Shown one piece after another: positions 52,923 to 64,000 of a stretch of 64,000 bases of DNA. Origin of the DNA: Azolla caroliniana. Lineage: Eukaryota > Plantae > Polypodiophyta. The notes beneath the pieces are model-generated. The model saw only the letters and a program-made list of their open reading frames with translations. It was not told the origin of the DNA and searched no databases. The position numbers and the translations under genes were made by a program. Each line of letters begins with the position of its first letter. Within the stretch, counting starts at the first letter, position 1. The stretch lies in the NCBI GenBank assembly GCA_043228905.1, contig JBHGNT010000001.1, positions 33,976,001 to 34,040,000 of the forward strand. Direction: 5' to 3'.

Positions 52923-55900
52923 GCTCATTTAAATGATCTCATTGATGCGAGACAACAAATTGCTTCACCAATTTCCATCCCCAATATTAGATAACACTAG
53001 CAATATACTTGAATCTAGACCCCTCACATGTTGTATCAGAAAAGGTTGATCATGTTGTGAGGAGTGCCCATTTGTGTGTACCTGAGTCTTCATATGTATA
53101 TATAGGTCCAGAGCACAGTTTTGCTCTCATTCATATTGTGCACATGGTTTGTGTGTTTATGAATGTTTGCTTAGACTTTGGATTTGTAAAAGATAGTTAC
53201 ATGATATGCTTATTTACATTCTAAATTCAATCACATATTTCCTTCTTTTTCTCGATCGTAATTCAATCTACACGATTAATTAGTCATGTGAACTTGCATT
53301 AACACAAACGATGATGCACAAGCCATACACATTCATTGTATGCGCGTGAGGAGTGTGCAATCTACCCTTGTGTGTCACTCCAAAGATATTCAATTTGCTT
53401 GAGGATAGAGGAAGCCTTGCCTCTCCGAGCAAAGATTGCAACAATTGTTCCAAGGAGGAACCTTACCTCCCACCACCATTCATTTCATGATTATTAATGC
53501 AACATGGGAAAAATATGTCTCCTCCTTGAGAATTAGACAACACTAAACTTGTTCTTATCTACACAAAATATGCAAGTTCGATGTGAGCATGAAGGATAAT
53601 ACGTATTGCGTATATGTTATCAACTCCAATCAAATGTCTTGTCAATCGTGTCAAAGAAACCATGCATGAACGCATTCATTGTTTTACTACTCTCGATGAT
53701 AAATGAGTACCATAAGGTCCATACATTCAAGGATAGGAATATTAAGCTACACTTGAGGTTCTACGAAGTTGTGAATAATGATATACATCACTTATCAATG
53801 CCAAGAACATTGGTGATGCATATTGCTCAATATATGATCATTTACATCAAGAATGATATGACTCAAGCCCACAATAGGAAGTGCACTATATTTGACATAT
53901 TAACAAATAATGTGTAACACAATAGCTTTAGGATATATAACTATTGACCACTCATCACAAAGGATGATGTTCATGGGCATAGCCACACAAACTCACCACA
54001 TTAATGGGCATTCCTCTAGATAATGCTGACTAGAACATTGTTTGGGGTTCACAAACTCTTTGGTTGTCACTATTAAATTCCCTTTATGTTTATTTATCTT
54101 CTTTCAAATTTGTTGTCTTGCGGTTATCAATGTGATCATTTTGGTATCGTAGCCTTCACATTTTGACTTATAGCCGACAAATATATGTGGTACATTAAAT
54201 ATCGGTTTCTCAATGATCATAAAGCTCGAGTCTTGTAGTGAACATGTTTAATTGCCAAGAAAGCTCATCAAGAAGCGAGTCATAAAGTCAAGTTAATTGT
54301 GAATATCTATGCTTTATTCGAAGATAAAGTCATCACATGCCACGATTCAAAATGTAACAACTTGCTAGGTCTTTTATATATTTACAACATTCATAATCTC
54401 ATTCATACTTTATCTACGATGTGCTAGTTCCTTTGTACGACATATTTATTTTGATGCCTATGTTGACAATATCCAACGTCATTCTCGGGTCGATCGTAAG
54501 TTGAGAATTGATAGTTAAAATATCCAAAAAATGTTTGAATTGATGAATATAATATGTTTCACAAATACAAGCCTTTGTAATCGCAGGCAATGGAGAGTCA
54601 TTGACATCTTCTTTGTGGTGGCTTATTTATCAGACATAAACCTTCATGGCTCCAATAATGCACATCATTCCTCTTTGTTTAATTGATAGTTAGTTTGTGC
54701 TAACACGTGTAAATGATGGATTGTTTTCACTTAATATGTTGCAGTTACATTATCATCATCAAATATGGAACAATATGTAAAGCCAAATGAAGCAACAATA
54801 TTGCCTTTATGGCTATTTGATAAGCCAACTGAAGGATCAATATAGCATTTATGGTTAATTGACAAAAAAACACAAATCATAAAACAAAAGATGAAGACAC
54901 CATAGCTTAAAAGGACAATGATATTTTTAAATACATTCTTAAAATATTTGAAAGAAAGACATTAACTATTGATTACCTACTCCCTCGTGGAAAGAAAACC
55001 ATCCGAATTGAGGAATTAAGTACTCCTTTGTGGAAATAAAGAGTCCCAAATGAGTCGATTGCCACATCAATATTTTGAAAAGAGAAACACTATTAGGTTC
55101 GATGTTTCATTTAAAGATAGGTCAATGCATTATTGTGCAACAAGAGTAAATACTTTCAAGTTTTTAGAAAGTTTGAAAGTCTCACAATAGATGTTGTGAT
55201 CGAGTAAAATATCTACTACAATAATTCTTATGCAAAAGATGTGGGCTCTATGGTTCAACGAGTTATTTGTAAAAGGGTAGTGATCCACGAAATTAGATTT
55301 GATGGTTTTAGATGTCTAAGTTATGGTTACTCGTGATATCTTTAAACTTATAGACTAGAATTTGTGATTTCATTATCACATATTATTTTCCACTCCATTT
55401 TTCTTCACCACAACTACCTTCCCCGTGGCATGCATATTGGAGGTTCTCTTAAAAGCTATGCAATTTCATTTGTACATGTACCAAAATTTAAATCTTTGAA
55501 AATATTCAATGTTTTATGATATACTAATGAGAATTTAATTGGACAAGGGTCAATGATATCCAAAACTAGGACCTATGCATCATTCACTAAAGAAAGCCCC
55601 ACCCAAGGCTTTGCGAGTGCTATAAAGTCATGGGATTTTGGTCCCTTGTGCATGAAAATATTCATTATCATTGGTAACAGGTTATTGGATGTTTTAAAGA
55701 ATTGCATGGTTGCACTGTTTTTGCAGTGAAGATGTAGACACATGATACAACGTTAAAAGGCTATGTAGAGAATGAACTATAGTTTACAAGTAATGCAAGG
55801 TTTGTTGAGTCATACGACATAATCAATTATAAAATATATATTTTGTAGGAGTCTGCATTTATGTCTAGGGAACAAATGGTGGTGGTGCGTGCTTTGCTAT

Positions 55901-57838
55901 AGTTTTTAACAAAACATAACCTCACGAAACACTAACATCCAATAAGGATTGTGTTTCCCATTTATTTGAAAACAAGACTTGCCACAAAGGCTAAATTTTA
56001 AATGAATATTGTATTGAGTTGTAGGGCCTTTAACTAATAAGCTAGATTGTATTGCATGGAGGGTAAAGCCAAAGGTCACTATTCAAGAAGTCCCAAGGGA
56101 CCCCATTTTGGAAGGATCCTGATTTTAGAAGTGTAAATGCAGTTTCTAAGGTAGCAACGTGAGGGCTTTTGCTATTCAATATGTTTGTTGATGTGGGTAT
56201 GGTGGTTGTGTTTTCATGTATGATTTCTTTGTAGCCATTGGGCATCTTTCCATTAATATCAAGGTGAATCTTTAAAAAAAAACAGATGGCCCAATGAACC
56301 GAAAAGGAGTGGAGCGTCATTACAACATCAAGATTCTTTCAAATAGACTAGTTTCTAACCACTTGTTTCAACCTATATTTATGTGCACACACTACATCCA
56401 AATGTATACAAAAGCAAGGTGGTTTTCATAGAGAACAAAGGATATTTGAAAACCACATGAATGGAATTTAGTTCAAAATTATGTTCATGTCCATAATCAA
56501 ACTATTGCATGAGTGCAAGGAACCAAAAGCTAAATATTGTTGAAAAGTTGGATACTTGGTGGGATCCCATGTATATAGCAAGCCTTCTCATTATTCTAGA
56601 ACATGTTCAATTCTACAATGAGATATAATGGTGTTCACAATAGATGAATGGTGAGATATCATATAATTTCATCTCTAAAGTCTTGAAATCTTGTGTATGA
56701 ATGCAATGCTTGTTCTTCTAAGAAACTCGTAATGACTGACATATTTATGGTGTAAGAAGACCATTTCTCATGCAAGCTGATAGTCAATTGACCTATATCA
56801 ATCACAAACATGGCGTGTCTAAAATGTAGAGAACAAAGTTGCTTACAATCATGTTGTTTGAGCATTATTTTAATCAGTCTTCGAAAGAGAGGTCATTGAC
56901 AAGGGCTTGTTATAATTCTTTGGAGATGAAAGAGCTTAAAATATATTACATTAAATCCTAATATTGTACGCAAGTCAATTAGAATATCTATACATATATT
57001 CAAAATAGGAATACGTCAATATAGAAAATTCTTCGCATAAAAGTAATGTCATGATCAACTTCACAAAAAAATAAAAAATGATATCGTTATGTACTCCATT
57101 TTTATGGAAGAGATTGATTTTATTAACCCAACTCTTTTTATCCTTTTGCCATTCTTGTTTACAAAGACTTTCAGCGAGATGCTTTTATTGATTCATACAC
57201 CTAAAGCTAGCTTGTTTGGGAATGTGCATCAACTGGATTGTGAGAATACCAAATCTGATTCCCTCCAACCTACGTATTTTTTGTGGTACTCTATGGGCAC
57301 GGTCGAACAATTCCATTTCTCATATTCCACATATGCCATAGGCCCAAGGTTGTCAAAGTTAATCTCTCTCTCTCTGGTGAAAACACACAATTATATTAAT
57401 AAATGTGTGTAAAAAACACTACTTACAATCATAGAACGTAATATTCGTGTTCGTGCAAACATTCAAACGTTTGGAAACGAACATGTTTGAAATGGGAAAA
57501 ATATGTGCTCAATTTTATTCCTTTTTTTCATCTATTGTCATTACAATTCAGCTTACTCTAATGCTAAGGAGTCAAGCTATATGTTGCTTATGTTTCAAGT
57601 TCGATACCCAATTTTCTCATCTTTCTCTCTCTCTCTCATTAGTAACATTTTTATAGCAAAATTTTATGTTAGTGTTATAATGTTCTTTTCTTTTCTTTTT
57701 TTATTATTAGAACTAATGTTATAATGTTAGTGTTACTTGTGTCTTGGGTTCAATTCCCAACTTTCTCATATTCTCTTGTTAGTGTCATGGCAAAATTTTA
57801 TGTTAGTGTCATGTTCCTTTTTCTTCTTTTTCTTTCTT

Positions 57839-58085
57839 TCTTTGTTATTAGAAATTAGGTCAACCTCGTGGTAAGTTGTTATGCTACTACTGCCTATGTC
57901 ATGTTTTCTTCATATTCTCGAATATACGTTTCATGAGTTTTTGATCGTTTCTTTTTTCTTTTCTTGTTTTATTTCTTTGTTATTAGAAATTAGCTCACCC
58001 TAGTGGTAAGTTGTTATGCTACTATTGCCTATGCCATGTTTTCTTCATATTCTCGAATATACGTTTTATGAGTTTTTGAACGTTT
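57839..58085. repeat. ~110-bp direct repeat, period ~135
   Basis: tctttgttattagaaattag...gtggtaagttgttatgctacta...catattctcgaatatacgttt occurs twice. Confidence 0.85.
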
Positions 58086-58550
58086 GATTATAATTTATAA
58101 TGACATATTTTGATTCAATCTCTATAGTTCATACTCATTTTTTTGTAAAGTTCTAAAGTGAGGATGATAGAGATGTCTTGATTCTTAAGAAGCATCCCAA
58201 AAGTATGCATGTGATACAATGAAAATATTGCAACCATACTTATGTTGGTGATTCACAATGGATTAGAGTCCACTTATTGGGATTGAGAGTGAATCATTAT
58301 ATAATATAGACCATAGTCAATCCAATCCAAATTTGAGATGATTTACCATACACGTTTGATTGAATCATCCTCAAATGCGAATGTACGTATGATACATATG
58401 GTTCATTCTATGCTTACAATTGGTGTCACAATGGATTATGGACACCACTACACGAGTAGTGGAACATATTAATTCCGAATAGGTAGGATCTCTCCCTCTC
58501 TTTTTGTGTTCTAGGCAGGATTTAAACCCTTGACCTTTCCATTTCGAACA

Positions 58551-58624
<74 letters not shown>

Positions 58625-59119
58625 CACACAAAGAAGAAGAAAAACAAATTAATTTTCACAATGAGATTTATCTTGAGCATGTTAAAGAACAAATGATGGT
58701 TCAAGAGAAAAGGTACATTGAGACATGGTGGTTGTAAGTTTGTTCAAGAAAAAACTCATTTTGCATAACTGGGAGACGTCGAAAACGATCATATATCAAT
58801 TTTCCTTTCTGTATGTATCGAGAGCATTTCTCAAGTCCATGTCTCTATATGCAATAACGTAAGAAACAGGGAAGAATAAAAAGCTCCGGCTGCTTGAGCT
58901 CTGGGCCAGAAAGCCTTGTATAGAGATGCCACGAACCCGGCAAATTTCCCAACCGTTTTGGCCGATACTTTGGCCCCGAGACACACACATTCACACAAAT
59001 GAAGGAAGGTGCCAATGAACAAAATAATGGGTGTTTTGGCCAAGGGGCTCTCTCTTTTTAAAAAAAACTGTAACAGTCATTTGAGGATTTGAAGGCTCTG
59101 TTTCTAAGAAGGAAGAAGG

Positions 59120-60568
59120 ATGGCAGACGACCACGAGGAGGAGGAGGAAGAAGCAGTGGCAGAATTATCGAAGAGACCAAGGAAGCAGAAGAAGCCCTCC
59201 CTATCTCCCCTCCTTGTGTTTGCTCATGGTGCTGGAGCCCCATCTACCTCACCATGGATGCAAAGGTAACAGCTCCTCCTCACTTCAAGCCTCCCCACCC
59301 TCCATATTCCCTCTCATTATTTTGATATGCATCTTTATGAGGTAGAAAAGAGAGACATTTTCTTCTTCTTTTTTGCTTCTAGTCTGAGAATATGGACCTT
59401 TATGTATGTATGTGTGTGTTTGTATAGAATATGTGTGCATTGCTAAAGCAAAGCGTGTATATGCACATGCCTAGTATGTGTATGCATGTGGATGTGTACG
59501 TGAATATATGTGCATTGCTAAACCAAAGCGTGTATATGCACATGCCTAGTATGTGTATGCATGTGGATGTGTACGGGAATATATGTGCATTGCTAAAGCA
59601 AAGCGTGTATATGCACATGCCTAGTATGTGTATGCATGTGGATGTGTACGTGAATATATGTGCATTGCTAAAACAAAGCGTGTATATGCACATGCCTAGT
59701 ATGTGTATGCATGTGGATGTGTACGTGAATATATGTGCATTGCTAAAACAAAGCATGTATATGCACATGCCTAGTATGTGTATGCATTTGGATGTGTACA
59801 TGAATATATGTGCATTGCTAAAACAAAGTGTGTATATGCACATGCCTAGTATGTGTATGCATTTGGATGTCTACGTGAATATATGTGCATTGCTAAAACA
59901 AAGCGTGCATATGCACATGCCTAGTATGTGTATGCTTGTGGATGTCTACGTGAATATATGTGCATTGCTAAAACAAAGCGTGCATATGCACATGCCTAGT
60001 ATGTGTATGCTTGTGGATGTCTACGTGAATATATGCATGTGGACTTGGACGTGAAAGTATGGTGTATTGAATCTGGTAGTGAAGTTCGGAAAAATCTCAC
60101 TTTTAACCTGCAGAGTGAAGAAAGCATGCTACATTTGTTGTGGATATTTTCCACCCGTGAGTAGTTTTGACGTACAAGTTCGATATTGCGTCCACCTTAA
60201 GTTTGCTGTTCATTGCGCTGGCAAGATCTTCTAGATTTTTGGTTATGTGCCTGCACCTCAGCAACCATATGCAACAAGTTTTGGCAATTGAATTGAGTCA
60301 AATGCTGAGCTCTTTGGACACTCTGGTAGTTATGGAACCAAGCCCATTGTGTCCACCCACCACTGGTCCTATACATTATCATGATATCCCCGAGCATCTC
60401 ACTACTCTTTTCTTTGAATGTTTTTAGTTTATTGAGTATTGGTGATAGTTGATTCCTATCTTTTATCCTTTCCTTTGTGCCTTCTCTTGAGATTTCCACA
60501 TGTAATACAATGTAATTGAAAAAAGCAATATGTATGTATGCATATGTTTATGAGTATGTGTATGCATG

Positions 60569-60601
<33 letters not shown>

Positions 60602-60602
60602 C

Positions 60603-60648
<46 letters not shown>

Positions 60649-62743
60649 GATGCAGATGGAAGAAGCTTCTTGCGGCCACGACAGGTGCGGTTGAAGTTGT
60701 TACCTTTGATTATCCATGTAAGGAACTCATTCCTTTATCACTATTTATATGATATCAATGATTTCTTTCGTTTGATGTGACAAACTTCCTGTTTGCTTTT
60801 TTGAAATTAAGATTGTGCAGGAGGAAAGAAAGGAGCTCCACCAAAAGCAGAGAAGCTGATTGATCCACATTTAGAAGAGATAAAAAGGGCACAATTTAAG
60901 CACCCTGGCCATCCTCTGGTACTTGTTGGAAAATCAATGGGATCAAGGTACTTTTGGTGTCCTTCTTTCATTTATTTTCATTATTTTCAATTCTATGTCA
61001 TATTCTTCTTCACTTATTGTGTCCAGCTGCTTGTGGGTTAAAAACATCACACATGCATGCACACATTGTTTACATTTACTTTCTTTGGAGAATGCACTTT
61101 GATGCGTCTCTCTTTAACTTCTTAACTTTTTCAATATAAAAAAGAGAAGTCTTGATTTACTGATATGCCCTAAGAGGAAGAGGGGTGTTTTTGACAATTT
61201 CTTGGAATAGGAGGGGTATTTTGGTAAATTCCCTTGGTTTAAAAGGACAAGGTGAGACCCTAAGGAGTTGGACATAATCATCATAGACTTGCTTTAATTT
61301 TGTTTGAAATAACAGTTTGTCATATCAAGATAGGTAAAACTAATGTATCTTTATCTATACCCACATGAGCTATGGCTGTGAACAATAGTTAAGAAAATCT
61401 TTTCATGTTCGTTTTATGGGTTAAAAAGAGCTTCAATGCACTTCTAATGCACAGTCTAACCCAAAAGCATTCAGGTTATATAAACTTATATAACATACTG
61501 ACATAATTACAAAAATCAAATGAATAGCTATTTTACTGATTATGGTACTCTTGATTGACTGCTTTCATGTCATAGCCAACGGCAAATACACCAAATACCC
61601 CAAACCATCTGACTAATAATTATCAAAATATACTTAGAATTTATTGTTCTTGTTCAATTGCAGAGTGAGCTGTATGGTTGCTACTCAAGAAGGGGTTCAA
61701 GTTTCTGCTATTGTATGCTTGGGTTATCCGCTGAAGGTAATCATACAAATATATATTTCAATTTGCTAAATACATTCATGTTCACAATCTTTCGTCATTT
61801 GCACATTGATGATGCAGCGGGAGAATCATGGCTCCATCTACTTGATGGAAACATTTAAGACATTTGCTAAATTCTTATGAATTTTGTTACTCTAATAAAA
61901 TTGGCAAATGAATAAAGTTTTTGCTTGAACTCAATTGTTTTATGAAATTATGGATGTATGAATTTGATTACTTAATTAATTCAGCTTATACGGATTCTGT
62001 TGCAGGGCACAAAAGGAGCTTTAAGAGACGAGATCCTTCACAACCTTCATGTTCCCGTCATGTTTGTGCAAGTGAGATCATATAACTAACCTCAAATTCC
62101 TTTTTTCAAGATATAGAGTGGATAATAATTCAACTTTCGTTTAATAGTTCTGATGTTTTTCCTTATAGTCTGGATTGGCTGGTCATTTAGTTCTATTTGG
62201 AGATGCTTTTAATATAATTTCGATGACCATTTAACTCATTTTCAATGGTTTTGGCACATGATCATTTGCTGATGGGTTTGTCACCTTTTTTATTTAATTT
62301 TGTATGATCATTTTTATTTATTTTAGGACATTTTCTTTTGGGTGATTAGTTCTTTTTTTAAACAATTTTCCTATTTATATTTTGTTTACATTATTCTTTT
62401 AGTTCTTTGTTTGATTATTTTGTTTCAATTTCTTAGACTAATTTGGGTGACTCAAAGTTATATTTTGTTGATGAGTTTCATACAATGTTAGGGAAGTAAG
62501 GATGCATTATGCCCGTTAGATAAGTTAAAGGGAGTTTTGGCAAAGTTGAGCTGCATCACAAAGCTTCACATCATAGAAGGTGGCGATCATTCTTTCAAGG
62601 TGGGCAAGAAAGCACTTCAAGAATGTGGAAAAAGCCAGGAGAAACTAGAAGAAGAGGCAGTTGAGAGCATCCAAATGTTTTTGGAGGAATCTGTTGATGT
62701 ATATCACACAACGAATGTGAATTTACTAAACAAAAAAAGCTAA
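59120..62743 (+). CDS. KANSL3/Tex30-like alpha/beta hydrolase; exons 59120-59265, 60656-60717, 60812-60947, 61664-61736, 62006-62071, 62492-62743
   Basis: LVFAHGAGAPS, VEVVTFDYPY, nucleophile GKSMGSR, CLGYPLKG, PVMFVQGSKD, GGDHSF (Ser-Asp-His triad). Exons splice in frame. Confidence 0.93.
59427..60036. repeat. 75-bp tandem minisatellite, 8 full copies, in hydrolase intron 1
   Basis: Unit gaatatatgtgcattgctaaaacaaagcgtgtatatgcacatgcctagtatgtgtatgcatgtggatgtgtacgt starts at 59427, 59502, ... 59952. Confidence 0.97.
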
Positions 62744-63371
62744 AGTGATATGGAGCAACTTAATGATAGATTTTGGGTAACTTTTGTAGAGCATTAGTAG
62801 ACTTCTCAGTGCATCATCAGTTTTTTGTTGTTTCATCAGTATGGTATATTTCTTATGAAAGTTTCTAGGTTCTACTTGATACAGATTTTGAGTTTAAATA
62901 TGAAAAAGAAAATATTTTTGAGTTTATATCTATAGATATATATTGTCTTGGTTTTCATACACAATATGGATGATGTGCAATATGATTTCATGGGTTATTT
63001 CCATGCACAAGATCTGACTCAATAAATGGTGGTGTTATCTGTAGAATGCATGCCAACAAAAGTTTTTTAAGCGTAGTGAAAGATGTGGTCATATGTATGT
63101 AAATATGTTAAATGTAATCTCAGATAGCAGGTGTTTTATGATGCAATATTCAATGTTCACTTTCAATCATTCTGTTTGGTTACCACACAATTACAAATAT
63201 AAATTAGAATCATCATCTCCAACCAATTCCTAATTTGATAAAAAGGAGTTTCTTTCCACATGATACATATGAAAGCAACCAACCATCCTCGGTATAATAT
63301 GATTGTGTATTTCGACAAAAACAACTCAAGTGGAGATCCTTAATTATATCTAAATTCTAATGTTTCTTGAT

Positions 63372-63524
63372 CTAAAAGCACTTCTTGTGGACAATGCTAG
63401 GGCCTGATTCATCATAATCTCCTTTCGATATATGTTGGTTCTGAGGAAACACGACCTTGGCTAATATTGCCCCACCCATCCATGCAGAATACCTCAAAGT
63501 ATTTTCTGGCATATATTCAGGTGG
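63372..63524 (-). CDS. ARP7: Last coding exon of nuclear actin-related protein 7; gene continues beyond the window
   Basis: ttttacag|CCA acceptor, then [50 protein letters not shown], the plant ARP7 C-terminus. Absent from the ORF track. Confidence 0.92.
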   Translation of the reverse strand, partial: PPEYMPENTLRYSAWMGGAILAKVVFPQNQHISKGDYDESGPSIVHKKCF

Positions 63525-64000
63525 CTGTAAAAACATAGAAGTCACAGCACAAAAGGTGAGTTTTGTATCAGACTCTTTATATCTTTAGATGATGATGATG
63601 ATGCAAAGTAAAAATACATAAATGAATATCCAGAAGACATTCCAAAGTTTCGTCAATTAGACTATCTATGTCTCTCATATTTCCTGTTCATAAGTCACAG
63701 CTGATGCCACCCTATGATCGCATCAAGACAAGCTAACGAAGACCCAAACCCCCTGTGTTCTATAGACTTCATTATAAGTTTTCAGGGAACCATAGGTCAT
63801 ATTAGCTCTGCGAAATGTCACAATTTTCTGAAACCAGTTGGCACCAGAACAGATGAAGTACAAAGCCAGCAATAAATGGCTTAAATGGAATAGCTGAAAA
63901 GGAAAGCAATTGTTGCAACCCTATAAACCTCACAAAACTTGCGCAGCAGTTAATGATCCTATTTCTTTAAGCTACACTACCTTTGGTGTCAAAAACAGAA

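Noticed and set aside
55600-56900. Possible Pif1/Helitron helicase remnant on the minus strand (MFVIDIGQL)
   Set aside because: Only one weak motif resemblance; it needs a profile search.
57740-57765. tRNA T-arm/B-box-like gggttcaattccc
   Set aside because: No cloverleaf or correctly spaced A box; at most a SINE relic.
59427-60036. CRISPR-like array
   Set aside because: Units are contiguous with no unique spacers, there are no cas genes, and the context is a eukaryotic intron.

Overview
AT-rich, intron-containing land-plant nuclear DNA; a DYW:KP-like PPR editing factor suggests a fern, lycophyte or hornwort (inference). Genes supported by translation and splice sites, in order: first coding exon of a double B-box COL/BBX gene (-), Z-ISO (+), an intronless ~272-aa ORF of unknown function (+), a PLS-PPR with E1/E2 and a DYW:KP-like deaminase domain (-), an MSP1/ATAD1 AAA ATPase (+), an EHD protein (-), a divergent acireductone dioxygenase (+), a KANSL3-like alpha/beta hydrolase (+), and the last exon of ARP7 (-), which the ORF track misses. 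Non-genic DNA holds a decayed Ty1/Copia element, probable LINE remnants, a 220-bp foldback, tandem duplications and microsatellites. The most interesting locus is the candidate U-to-C RNA editor, which has an atypical C-terminus, a possible micro-exon or intron-retention switch and a triplicated intronic element. The divergent ARD with an intronic G-box cluster is the next most interesting. No clearly new multi-gene system could be established from sequence alone.
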